A stretch of DNA of 64,000 nt from Candidatus Coatesbacteria bacterium (GTDB taxonomy: Bacteria; JAFGND01): assembly GCA_016927185.1 (NCBI GenBank), contig JAFGND010000034.1:1-64000 (forward strand). Reading direction: 5' to 3'. The notes beneath the pieces were generated by a model that ran no database searches, was not told the DNA's origin, and saw only the letters and a list, made by a program, of their open reading frames with translations. Positions within the stretch are counted from its first letter, which is position 1. The number at the start of each line of letters is the position of its first letter. The translations under genes and the position numbers were made by a program. Positions 47,527 to 56,819 of the stretch are shown here, piece after piece.

Positions 47527-48291
47527 TTAGTAGATTTCGTAGTTCAATACTCTTATATAATCTATCTCAACAGGAGTGACTCCTTCAGCTTCACCTGCAG
47601 AATACTCAATCTTTATATACTGGGCTTTGCTGAGTCCTGTACCAGTAAGTGATACGCCTTCGCTATTCCATTCACATCTCTGGAAAGGTCCGGTCTCATA
47701 GTTTGAAACTGAAATAAGTACATTTGCAGTATCAATTGAAGCATCCTTGAAACCGACATAGAAGTCAGCAAAAGTGTATCCGTCAGCTGCTTCTTCAGAT
47801 GAGCCTAAATCGAGGACTGCATAACCACCATTTTCTATTGATAAGCAGCGATTATCAGGTTTTCCAAGTACATATGATATATTACTCGCCTTTTCATAAG
47901 CTGAAACATTGTCCACATATATGTCTTTGAGATATATGTTATTCAAGGGAATTGTCTCTCCACCTGAAATACGTACATTGGTAATTTCCTTGGTCATGTA
48001 ATCCTCGTGCTTTATCCTGATTATATGTTCACCAAGAGGAACTTTTTCCAAAATGAATTGACCACCATCATGAGTTGTTGCATATTGATAATAACCAACA
48101 AGTGAAACCTCAGCTCCATCAATGCCAGTTTTAAGATCACTTTCTTTTACTAGCCCGGTTATTACACCATAATCACCATCATAATAACCGTCTCCATCAC
48201 TGAAATTACCATTACATTCATTGGTTGAACCAGTCATCAAGAACCAGGCCATTACTGCTGTTATTGCCAGAATTTTCTTTGATATTTTCAT
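47527..48291 (-). CDS. Exported protein with carboxypeptidase-regulatory-like (beta-sandwich) domain
   Basis: ATG48291 after AGGAGG; signal-like N-terminus; G.ITG.V.......I.GA.V......TT..GQF.L..VP.G.H.I...H.DY pattern. Confidence 0.7.
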   Translation of the reverse strand: MKISKKILAITAVMAWFLMTGSTNECNGNFSDGDGYYDGDYGVITGLVKESDLKTGIDGAEVSLVGYYQYATTHDGGQFILEKVPLGEHIIRIKHEDYMTKEITNVRISGGETIPLNNIYLKDIYVDNVSAYEKASNISYVLGKPDNRCLSIENGGYAVLDLGSSEEAADGYTFADFYVGFKDASIDTANVLISVSNYETGPFQRCEWNSEGVSLTGTGLSKAQYIKIEYSAGEAEGVTPVEIDYIRVLNYEIY

Positions 48292-48366
48292 TTTAACCTC
48301 CTGCATTTTTCTTTCTAAAGATGTAAAACGGACAGTTTTATTTTTTTCTTGCAGAAAGGTTTATTT

Positions 48367-49563
48367 TTATTTTATAGATTGGAGAAGCTCTTTGAGTTTC
48401 TTGTCTTCATTGAATAACTTGAGGCCTTTTTCCAATACACCTTTTGCCTCTTGTTTCCTGTTGAGTTTCAATAGGCATTCTGCGAATTCAAGGTAAACTG
48501 AAACACTCACATTCTTTTTTTCAAGTGCCAGGTAATAATTATCCAATGCAGATTTACTGTTTTTTCTTTTAAAAGATAACTTTGCAAGTGCAAAAAAACC
48601 ATTATAATCTTCTGGATAAAGGTTTATAACATGTCTGTAAAGTCTTGCTGCCTGATTATATTGCTTGCTTGTTTCCAGAATCACTCCTAATTCAATTATA
48701 TAAGGAATTGATTCCTGGCTTATCTCCACAGCCTTCTTCATATACTGGAGCTTTTTCTTCCTGTCTTTTGTTATTCTTGACAAAATGACATATGAAGGAG
48801 CATTTTCAGGAAAATATCTGATGGTTAGTTTCAATGTCTTTATCGCAGACAGGGTATCTGAAAGCTCTAATTCTGATTGCGCCAGATGTGTCAATAAACC
48901 GAGATTGTTTGTATGACCCTTTTCAATGGCATTATTAAAAAGCTCTTTTGCCTTGAGAAAATCTCTTTTCTTGAAAGATAACTCTCCAAGCAGAAAAAGT
49001 GTTCTTCCATCCTCAGGATTCTGTTTCTTGACTTTTTCGAAGTATTTCTCTGATTCCTGTTCTCTTCCAGCCTGATAAAGCGTTAATCCCATCAGGAAAT
49101 TTACCTCTATGCTATTTTCATGTTTTGTAATAAGAGGTTGCATTAGTTCTATTGATTCATTATATAATCTCAGATTATTATATGTCTCAGCAAGAAGCAA
49201 GTGATTATCCAGTTTGTCAGGCTCACATGCCAGAAGAGTCTTCAGACAGCTCATACTGTATCTATGCTTGCCTGTCTTGCCATATGCAATTGCTAAATCC
49301 TTTAAAGCTTTCTTGTTCAATGGTTCAAGGACAATTGCCTTCTTGAAATACGCAAGTGCAATCTCAAGAGAATCTTCATCCATGTATATCTCACCAAGGG
49401 AAATAATATAATCAGTATTTTCAGGATTATCTGTTATGAGAGTCTTCAGTATTTTTATTGAAGAGGTGATATCATTCACTTTTCTTGCTTCATCAAGATT
49501 CTTCAGTAATTCATCTTCTCTTGCGCCTAGAAAAAGCAAGACGAGAAAAAATGCTTTAAACAT
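48367..49563 (-). CDS. Tetratricopeptide repeat protein
   Basis: Short hydrophobic N-terminus followed by about 10 TPR-like 34-aa units (LG.+Y......A...F.KA+.+.P.N). Confidence 0.8.
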   Translation of the reverse strand: MFKAFFLVLLFLGAREDELLKNLDEARKVNDITSSIKILKTLITDNPENTDYIISLGEIYMDEDSLEIALAYFKKAIVLEPLNKKALKDLAIAYGKTGKHRYSMSCLKTLLACEPDKLDNHLLLAETYNNLRLYNESIELMQPLITKHENSIEVNFLMGLTLYQAGREQESEKYFEKVKKQNPEDGRTLFLLGELSFKKRDFLKAKELFNNAIEKGHTNNLGLLTHLAQSELELSDTLSAIKTLKLTIRYFPENAPSYVILSRITKDRKKKLQYMKKAVEISQESIPYIIELGVILETSKQYNQAARLYRHVINLYPEDYNGFFALAKLSFKRKNSKSALDNYYLALEKKNVSVSVYLEFAECLLKLNRKQEAKGVLEKGLKLFNEDKKLKELLQSIK

Positions 49564-49635
49564 AATTCCAGAAATTCATTATACTCAAGTTTTGTCAAAT
49601 GACATTTTCAAGCAGCAGTCAAGTCCTCTTAATTA

Positions 49636-50904
49636 CTATATTTTTACTATCTTCTTGGTAATACCTGAAGATCTTATAATATATATCCCATTAATCCACC
49701 TGTTTGTATAAATCTTATGTCTACCTTTTTCCAGTTTCATGATTAGTCTTCCATCAATTGAAAATATCCTGGCCGAAGAAGAAAGATTGATTGAAATCAT
49801 TGAGGAAAAAGGATTGGGAGAAACTGATAAGTATTTTGATGGAGATTTTCCGCTTTTCCTGTTTTCAGTGAAGTCGTTGTAACCATAAGTTTCAACTGCA
49901 TGCAGATATTTATCATTACTTCCGAAAAAAACAATACCTCCAGAAATGCGAGGTGAGGAATGTATATAATCACCTGAATTATATTTCCATTTCAATGTTC
50001 CATCTGCAGCATTAACAGCATGAAGATTGTAATCGTTGCTTCCAATATAGGCAACACCATCTGAAACAGAAGGACTTGAATAAATATACCCTTGCGTCTT
50101 ATATTTCCATACAAGTTCTCCATTTACAGAGTTCAATGCATAAAAATAAGTATCCCAGCTTCCAAAATATGCTATTCCCCCAGATACATGAGGAGAAGAA
50201 AGAATATCAAGTTCGGTCTTGTATCTCCATTTAAGAGATCCATCTGATATATTGACTGCATAAAAAAAACTGTCATGACTTCCAAAATAAACAGTTTCTT
50301 CATAAATGAAAGGTGATGAAAAATTTCGATCTCCTGTCTTGTATCTCCATTTCAGGGTTCCGCTTTCGGAATTTATAGCATAAAGATTTGCATCACAGCA
50401 ACCAACATAGATTACTCCTTCCCCAAAACGTGGTGAAGAAAAAATGCCATCATCAGCCTTGTAACTCCACTTTATAGAACCATTTGAAGCTAAGAGAGCA
50501 TAAAGATTGTCATCCCAGCTTCCAAAATATACAATTTCCTCTACTACTGATGGAGATGAATGAATTGCTGCTCCTGCCTTATATGTCCATACCAAAGCTC
50601 CATTAGAGATGTTGATGGCATAAAAACTACCATCATTACTTCCTATATAGACAAATCCATTACTAACAAATGGTGAAGCGGAAATCGGACTTTCTGTTTT
50701 GAATTTCCAGCGAAGGGAAGCATCTGAAGCATTTATTGAGTATAAATGACCATCATAGCTACCAAAATAAACAAATCCATCATGTATGAAAGGAGAAGAT
50801 TGGATTCTGTCGTCTGTCCTGAATTTCCAGAAGAGATCTCCTGGAGCTGATTGCAAGTCAACAATAACACAAAAAATAATTGCTACAAAGTATAATATTT
50901 TCAT
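49636..50904 (-). CDS. PQQ-like (BamB/AfsK-type) beta-propeller protein with T9SS-like C-terminal domain
   Basis: ATG50904 after AAGGAGGAG; signal peptide; eight W.[YF]KT...I.SSP....G.VYFGS.D..LYA+N repeats; C-terminal SPNPF...IFSIDGRL...GIYII. Confidence 0.85.
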   Translation of the reverse strand: MKILYFVAIIFCVIVDLQSAPGDLFWKFRTDDRIQSSPFIHDGFVYFGSYDGHLYSINASDASLRWKFKTESPISASPFVSNGFVYIGSNDGSFYAINISNGALVWTYKAGAAIHSSPSVVEEIVYFGSWDDNLYALLASNGSIKWSYKADDGIFSSPRFGEGVIYVGCCDANLYAINSESGTLKWRYKTGDRNFSSPFIYEETVYFGSHDSFFYAVNISDGSLKWRYKTELDILSSPHVSGGIAYFGSWDTYFYALNSVNGELVWKYKTQGYIYSSPSVSDGVAYIGSNDYNLHAVNAADGTLKWKYNSGDYIHSSPRISGGIVFFGSNDKYLHAVETYGYNDFTENRKSGKSPSKYLSVSPNPFSSMISINLSSSARIFSIDGRLIMKLEKGRHKIYTNRWINGIYIIRSSGITKKIVKI

Positions 50905-51092
50905 TTCTCCTCCTTGATATTTTATAATAAATAAAATATCATGGAATGTCAAATCAAAGAAGATTGTATTGATAATTCAAAGTTTTTATCCTGCGACAAT
51001 TGCAAGCAATTTTACTTACATGATCTTGACAAAATTAAACGCTTAAAAAAAATGACAAGAAAGTAGCAATTATATAGAGAAATGGAGGCAAA

Positions 51093-51887
51093 ATGTTAAC
51101 TGATCTTATTTCATATGAAAAAATAAAGGAGTTCAAGGCTGCTCACAAGATACTTTCAGAGATGTCATATAATAGGGTAAAAATAACAAAAGGTTATGCA
51201 AACAAGACATTGAAGGTTGATTTATCAACCAATACTATTGAAAATAAGCCAGTCAATCAAATGATGAAGGATAAGTTTATCGGAGGTAAGGGATTTGATC
51301 TCTACCTCATGTGGCAGGAAGTAAATGGAAATACGAAGTGGAACGATCCTGAAAATACTATATGCATCGCTTCAGGACCTCTTGGGGGAACAACATCTTA
51401 CCCAGGGTCAGGAAAATCAATCGCAACATCTATTTCGCCTCTTACACAGTCGGTTGTAGACTGCAATGTTGGAGGTTTTTTCGGTCCTTTTCTTAAATGT
51501 TCTGGATGGGATGCTATTGCTCTCACCGGGAAAGCATCTGAAGATGTTATCATATTCATAGATGGTGAGAACTGTAAAGTCACTATTGAAACTGCTCCTT
51601 TCGAGGAAATTAATGCTCATATATTAAGTGAACAGTTAACAAGAATGTATGCAAGGAATGAAATTGATCAGAGAAATATCTCAGTTGTGTCTGCAGGCAG
51701 AGCAGCTGAAAATACATTCTTTGGTGTTCTGAATTTTTCCTGGTATGATTTCAGGAGAGAAACCTCAAGGATTAAACAAGCAGGCAGGGGTGGAATAGGA
51801 ACGGTTTTCAGAGATAAGAAAATTAAAGCAGTTGTTGCAAAATGCCCATACTGGAGACCAAAATGGTCAATAACCTTAAATGATTAG
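51093..51887 (+). CDS. Aldehyde ferredoxin oxidoreductase, stand-alone N-terminal domain
   Basis: KFIGGKG, DPEN.I.IASGPL.GT...PGSGK, SPLT....D.NVGG.FG..LK..GWDAI...GK, AGRGGIG.VF..K.IKAVV; RBS GGAGG. Confidence 0.88.
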   Translation: MLTDLISYEKIKEFKAAHKILSEMSYNRVKITKGYANKTLKVDLSTNTIENKPVNQMMKDKFIGGKGFDLYLMWQEVNGNTKWNDPENTICIASGPLGGTTSYPGSGKSIATSISPLTQSVVDCNVGGFFGPFLKCSGWDAIALTGKASEDVIIFIDGENCKVTIETAPFEEINAHILSEQLTRMYARNEIDQRNISVVSAGRAAENTFFGVLNFSWYDFRRETSRIKQAGRGGIGTVFRDKKIKAVVAKCPYWRPKWSITLND

Positions 51888-51895
51888 GAGAAGAT

Positions 51896-53878
51896 ATGCC
51901 AAACCTGACTATAAATGGTATGACAATCTCAGTTCAAGAGGGAACAAATCTCCTTGAAGCAGCAGCCTCATTGGGAGTTAAAATCCCAACCCTTTGTTAC
52001 CATGAAACAATAAAACCTCATGGTTCATGCAAAATCTGCATCACTGAGATCAAGGTTAAGGATCAGACCAAGATGTTACCTGCATGTACGTATATTATCA
52101 ATGAAGATGTTGAAGTATTTACTGAAAGCGAAAAAACCAGAAATGCAAGGAAGAGAATGCTTTCAAACTTGCTTTCATTCTTCCCTAATGTACCATATCT
52201 GAGGAAACTGGCAGATGATTTCGGGATCATACCAGATATAGATGAAAGCAAGGTAAAAAGCAAGAAAACAGATGCTTGCATATTATGCGAAAGATGCGTA
52301 AGAGTATGTAAAGAATCTGTATGGGAGAACATACTTGAATTTGAGGGAGTGGGATATAACAGAAGAGTAGTAATGTCTGAAGAAAAAGCTGCTTTTTGTG
52401 TTGGATGTGCTACCTGTGCATATGTCTGCCCAACGGGAGCAATAAAGGTCACTGATGAATTCAACAATCCTGTAGATCCACTTAGAATAAGAAAATATGG
52501 AATGAGATTGAATACTGAAGTATTCAGATATGATGACCAGCAATGCCAAATGAGAAGGTCCGGAACTGCTCACCTTGTAGAAATAATGGATGCATATGAT
52601 CTTCTTCCTACTCATAATTACAAATTTGGAAAACACGAGTTGACACCTCAGATATCTTCCAATATATGGATAGAAAAATTTGTTAAGCAGAATGTTCCTG
52701 ATGGATGCTGGAACGGTTGCATGATGGCTTGTGCCAAGGGAATCAGTGATTTCATTCTTGAAACAGGACCCTACAAGGGAGAAAAAGTACTTGTAGATGG
52801 ACCTGAATATGAGACTGCTGCAGGATGCGGTTCTAATATAGGGGTTTTCAATCCTCATGTTATTGCAGAAATAAATTTCTATTGTGATACATATGGAATA
52901 GATACTATATCATTCGGAACTGCACTTGCATTCGTAATGGAATGTTATGAAGCTGGGATACTGAATAAGGAAATAACTGGAGGACTGGAGCTAAAGTTCG
53001 GAGCAGAAAAGGAATCTCTGGAAATATTACATCAGATGGCTGAGGGCAGAGGTTTTGGAGTGATAGTAGGTAAGGGTATAAGGCGCATGAAGAAAATATT
53101 TGCAGAGGAATATGGTGGAGATCCGAAATTTCTTCATGATATTGGCATGGAATCAAAGGGTATGGAGTACTCAGAATATATGACAAAGGAATCTCTTGCA
53201 ATGCAGGGTGGTTATGCAATGGCTTTGAAGGGAGCCCAGCATGATGAAGCATGGCTGATTTTCATGGATATGGTAAACAATCAAATTCCGACATTCGAGA
53301 TGAAAGCAGAAGCTTTGCACTATTTCCCAATGTTCAGGACATGGTTTGGATTGATGGGACTTTGCAAACTCCTCTGGAACGATATTGAGCCAATTGATAA
53401 TGCCAAGACAAAAGAACCTGCCAAGGTGCCCGGTCATGTTGAAGGATATTGCAATTACTTTGCGGGAATGACAGGAATAGAGATAACACCTGCAGAGCTT
53501 ATTCTCCAGTCGGAACGCGTCTACAATTTTCAGAGAGTTTTCAATCTTAGATTGGGTTTTGGTACAAGAGAACACGACAGAGGACCTTACAGAGCAATGG
53601 GACCTGTAACTATTGAAGAATACGAAAGCAGACAGGAAAGATATGACACTCAATTGAAAGAAAAGGTAGGAGTTGATCCTGATGGAAAGTCATCTGCAGA
53701 AAAGCTGGCAATATTACGTGCTTTCAGGGAAGATCAGTATGAAAAGCTTCTCGACGCTGTTTATATAAGACGAGGATGGACAAATGATGGCATACCAAAA
53801 ATATCAAAAATGAGGGAACTTGGAATGGATTTCCCTGACGTAATTGAGATAATCAAGCAAGCTGGCGTTAATGAATAA
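51896..53878 (+). CDS. [2Fe-2S] + 2[4Fe-4S] module fused to aldehyde ferredoxin oxidoreductase C-terminal domains
   Basis: IPTLCYH......SCKIC...C; CILCERCVRVC; CVGCATCAYVCP; then CWNGCMMAC, GPEYET, CD.YGIDTIS.G, GAQHDE, RGW..DGIP. Confidence 0.88.
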   Translation: MPNLTINGMTISVQEGTNLLEAAASLGVKIPTLCYHETIKPHGSCKICITEIKVKDQTKMLPACTYIINEDVEVFTESEKTRNARKRMLSNLLSFFPNVPYLRKLADDFGIIPDIDESKVKSKKTDACILCERCVRVCKESVWENILEFEGVGYNRRVVMSEEKAAFCVGCATCAYVCPTGAIKVTDEFNNPVDPLRIRKYGMRLNTEVFRYDDQQCQMRRSGTAHLVEIMDAYDLLPTHNYKFGKHELTPQISSNIWIEKFVKQNVPDGCWNGCMMACAKGISDFILETGPYKGEKVLVDGPEYETAAGCGSNIGVFNPHVIAEINFYCDTYGIDTISFGTALAFVMECYEAGILNKEITGGLELKFGAEKESLEILHQMAEGRGFGVIVGKGIRRMKKIFAEEYGGDPKFLHDIGMESKGMEYSEYMTKESLAMQGGYAMALKGAQHDEAWLIFMDMVNNQIPTFEMKAEALHYFPMFRTWFGLMGLCKLLWNDIEPIDNAKTKEPAKVPGHVEGYCNYFAGMTGIEITPAELILQSERVYNFQRVFNLRLGFGTREHDRGPYRAMGPVTIEEYESRQERYDTQLKEKVGVDPDGKSSAEKLAILRAFREDQYEKLLDAVYIRRGWTNDGIPKISKMRELGMDFPDVIEIIKQAGVNE

Positions 53879-53904
53879 AATGAAGTGATAAAAAACAAGG
53901 AGAC

Positions 53905-55716
53905 TTGATGGATATAGAGGCAAGGTTAAATAAACTAGATATACCAGATGAGATAAAGGAAAGAATTCTTCCATGGTTAAATCCCCCATTTAATGAAAAG
54001 ACAGTTGCAGAAATTTCTCAACTTATTGAAAAAGAAGATATTAGCTCTCTAAAAGACAGATTCTGGATTGATCTGGAATTTGGTACTGGAGGATTAAGAG
54101 GAATAATGGAAGCAGGAACCAATAGAATGAATATCCATACTATTGGAAGAGCAACTCAGGGGTTGGCGAATTATATAATAAAAAACACTGCAGATGGAGC
54201 ATCAAGGGGAGTTGTAATTGCTTATGATTCAAGACATAACTCGGTTTCTTTTGCCAGAGAGACATCTTCAGTTTTGTGTGCTAACGGAATTAAGGTTTAT
54301 CTATATAGGGAAATGAGACCGACACCATGCGTGTCTTTTGCAGTGAGATATCTCAATGCACAAGCTGGGATTATGCTTACAGCCAGCCATAATCCTCCCC
54401 AATATAATGGATATAAGGTTTCCTGGGATGATGGTTGTCAGGTTGTTTCACCTCATGACACAGGTATAATAGATGAAGTAATGAAAGTTGATCTTAACAA
54501 AGATATCAAGTATATGTCAATAAAGGAAGCAACTGAAAAGAACCTTCTTGTCTATCTTGATGAAAATGTTGATAATGCTTACAAGAAAATGGTGCTTGAA
54601 TTGACACTCTCTCCTGAAGCAATTAAATCACAAGCAAAGGACTTTATAATTGTATATACGCCTCTTCATGGAGTAGGCTCAACAATGATCCCGCATCTTC
54701 TTGAACAGAAAGGATTTAGAAATATTTACTGTGTCAAGGAGCAGATGAAACCAGATGGGGATTTCCCGACAGTTAAATCCCCGAATCCCGAAGAAGCAGA
54801 AGCACTTACGCTTGCCATCAAACTTGCAAAAGACAAAAAGGCAGACATTGTCCTTGCAACTGATCCGGATTCTGACAGACTGGGAATAGCTATTCCTGAT
54901 GGAAGAGGAGAATTTGTTCAATTAAATGGCAATCAAACACTTGCGCTTTTAGTTAATTATGTATTGAAACTTCTCAAAGATGGCAAGAGACTTCCTGAAA
55001 AACCAGCAGTTGTAAAAACAATTGTAACATCCGATCTTATTACTGATATTGCAAAATACTATGGTGCAGAGACTTATGAGACCTTGACGGGATTCAAGTG
55101 GATTTATGGCAAGCAGAAGGAATTCGAGACTTCCAGTAAAAAACCCGCACCTGAATTTGTAGTAGGTGGAGAAGAATCATTCGGTTACAGCGTTGGTACA
55201 AAAGTGAGAGACAAGGATGGTTGTATAGCATCCACAATGCTTGCAGAATATGCTGCATACTCTAAAAATATGGGATCCAATCTGTTAAAAGAGCTTGAGA
55301 ATATTTACAGAATTCATAGTTATTATCTTGAAAAGAATGTTTCATATGCTTTTCCAGGAATGGAAGGTCAGATTGAAATGTCTAAACTCATGGAAAAATT
55401 GAGAGCAAATCCACCGAGGATCATTTCAGGTTACAAATTCATGAAGATGCAGGATATCGAGAGAAACATTGAAACAGACTTCACTGATAACAGTGAAAAA
55501 GAAAGCAAGGGATTGCCTAAATCCAATGTCCTTAAATTCCTCTTTGAAAATGGAGGCTGGATAGCAGCAAGACCTTCTGGAACTGAACCAAAAATCAAAT
55601 TTTATTTCTCCATAAAAGAGCAGGTTGAGGAAAATATGGATAAGACAAGAGAAAAAGCTCTCGGAAAAATAAATGTAATGATCAAGGACTGGTTCAGGAT
55701 TGCAGGAATAGAATAA
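53905..55716 (+). CDS. pgm: Phosphoglucomutase/phosphomannomutase (alpha-D-phosphohexomutase)
   Basis: FGTGGLRG, TASHNP, DPDSDR, GEESFG, RPSGTEPKIKFY. Confidence 0.92.
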   Translation: MMDIEARLNKLDIPDEIKERILPWLNPPFNEKTVAEISQLIEKEDISSLKDRFWIDLEFGTGGLRGIMEAGTNRMNIHTIGRATQGLANYIIKNTADGASRGVVIAYDSRHNSVSFARETSSVLCANGIKVYLYREMRPTPCVSFAVRYLNAQAGIMLTASHNPPQYNGYKVSWDDGCQVVSPHDTGIIDEVMKVDLNKDIKYMSIKEATEKNLLVYLDENVDNAYKKMVLELTLSPEAIKSQAKDFIIVYTPLHGVGSTMIPHLLEQKGFRNIYCVKEQMKPDGDFPTVKSPNPEEAEALTLAIKLAKDKKADIVLATDPDSDRLGIAIPDGRGEFVQLNGNQTLALLVNYVLKLLKDGKRLPEKPAVVKTIVTSDLITDIAKYYGAETYETLTGFKWIYGKQKEFETSSKKPAPEFVVGGEESFGYSVGTKVRDKDGCIASTMLAEYAAYSKNMGSNLLKELENIYRIHSYYLEKNVSYAFPGMEGQIEMSKLMEKLRANPPRIISGYKFMKMQDIERNIETDFTDNSEKESKGLPKSNVLKFLFENGGWIAARPSGTEPKIKFYFSIKEQVEENMDKTREKALGKINVMIKDWFRIAGIE

Positions 55717-55722
55717 AACCTG

Positions 55723-56481
55723 TTATTCCTCCCTTTTAGCTTCCTGCCATATCTCTTCAAGTTTTTCCAGAGAATATTCTGTCATTTTATGGTTGGTCTT
55801 TTCTTCAATATATCTGAATCTTCTGTCAAATTTGCTTATTGTACCTTTCAGAGCCTTCTCTGGATCCACCTTATAAAACCTGGATAGATTTACGACTGCA
55901 AATAACAAATCTCCAAGTTCTTCTTCCATCTTTTCAGCAGATAAAGAAGCTCTTAATTCTCTTATCTCCTCCTCAATCTTGTTAAGAACCTGTTCAGCCT
56001 TAGGCCAGTCGAAACCTACATTTGCAGCTTTTTCCTGGAGTCTTCTTGCCTTGAGGAGTACAGGAAAATCTCTTGGAACTCCATCAAGAGTGCTGCTTTT
56101 AGCTTTCCTTCTTGTCTGTTTCTTTATGCTTTCCCAGTTCTTGAGAATTACTTTGGGATCTTCAGTCTCAATATCTCCAAAAATATGAGGATGCCTAAGT
56201 CTCATTTTATTAAGTAAACCTTCCTTTATTGCATCAAATGTAAATATCTCCTTCTCTTCTGCCATATGAATATGAAACATTATATGAAAAAGAAGATCCC
56301 CAAGTTCTTCCTTGAAGGCTTCATAATCCTCATCTTCAATTGCCTCTGCAACTTCATATGCTTCTTCCAGCAAATAATTCTTGAGGCTTTCGAAGGTTTG
56401 TTGCCTGTCCCATGCACATCCGTTTTCACCTCTGAGAATATCAAGAAGTTCAAAAATATCATTCAAATCATATTTTTTCAT
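55723..56481 (-). CDS. mazG: Nucleoside triphosphate pyrophosphohydrolase MazG
   Basis: LRGENGCAWDR.QT, EEAYEV, EELGDLL (twice), RHPHIF, GFDW; ATG56481 follows AAGGGA (track start 56511). Confidence 0.93.
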   Translation of the reverse strand: MKKYDLNDIFELLDILRGENGCAWDRQQTFESLKNYLLEEAYEVAEAIEDEDYEAFKEELGDLLFHIMFHIHMAEEKEIFTFDAIKEGLLNKMRLRHPHIFGDIETEDPKVILKNWESIKKQTRRKAKSSTLDGVPRDFPVLLKARRLQEKAANVGFDWPKAEQVLNKIEEEIRELRASLSAEKMEEELGDLLFAVVNLSRFYKVDPEKALKGTISKFDRRFRYIEEKTNHKMTEYSLEKLEEIWQEAKREE

Positions 56482-56668
56482 AAATCCCTTCTTTTCTTGT
56501 ATTGCTTCCATTAGGCAATATTATGTCAATGAAAGAAGTTTTGAAACAGTAAATTATATAAAGCATGGCTGTCAATTGGCAATATTTCTTACAAAAAAGA
56601 GAATCTCTGACTTTACTATAATCAATTGACAAAATAATAGCCTCAAGAATTAATGGCAGTTGTTCAAT

Positions 56669-56752
56669 ATGAAAACCGATTTTTGTAATATCATTGCTTC
56701 TTCAATGATCAGCCAGATTTGGCGCCCCCTCAACCAGGGCGCATCAATTTAA
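56669..56752 (+). promoter_or_regulatory. Candidate trp leader peptide (MKTDFCNIIASSMISQIWRPLNQGASI) with GC hairpin upstream of trpB
   Basis: 27-codon ORF downstream of TTGACA (56626); its single Trp codon (56720-56722) abuts a GCGCCC/GGGCGC stem at 56722-56742. Confidence 0.45.
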
Positions 56753-56819
56753 TATTTCTTTCTAGTAACATCATATTTTTTTAAACAATTTTTTTAATTC
56801 CAACAGGAGGAATATTATC

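Noticed and set aside
49900-50830. Periodic ~120-nt DNA similarity as a CRISPR or non-coding repeat array
   Set aside because: It reflects the 40-aa propeller repeats of a coding gene; there are no identical repeats with unique spacers and no cas genes
51880-51900. Stop read-through (Sec/Pyl) or frameshift joining the two AOR genes
   Set aside because: The next gene is out of frame, has its own RBS and begins with an unrelated Fe-S domain, so read-through would not restore a normal AOR
55723-56481. mazG as part of an anti-phage or toxin-antitoxin locus
   Set aside because: Ordinary two-domain housekeeping MazG with no mazEF or defence genes adjacent
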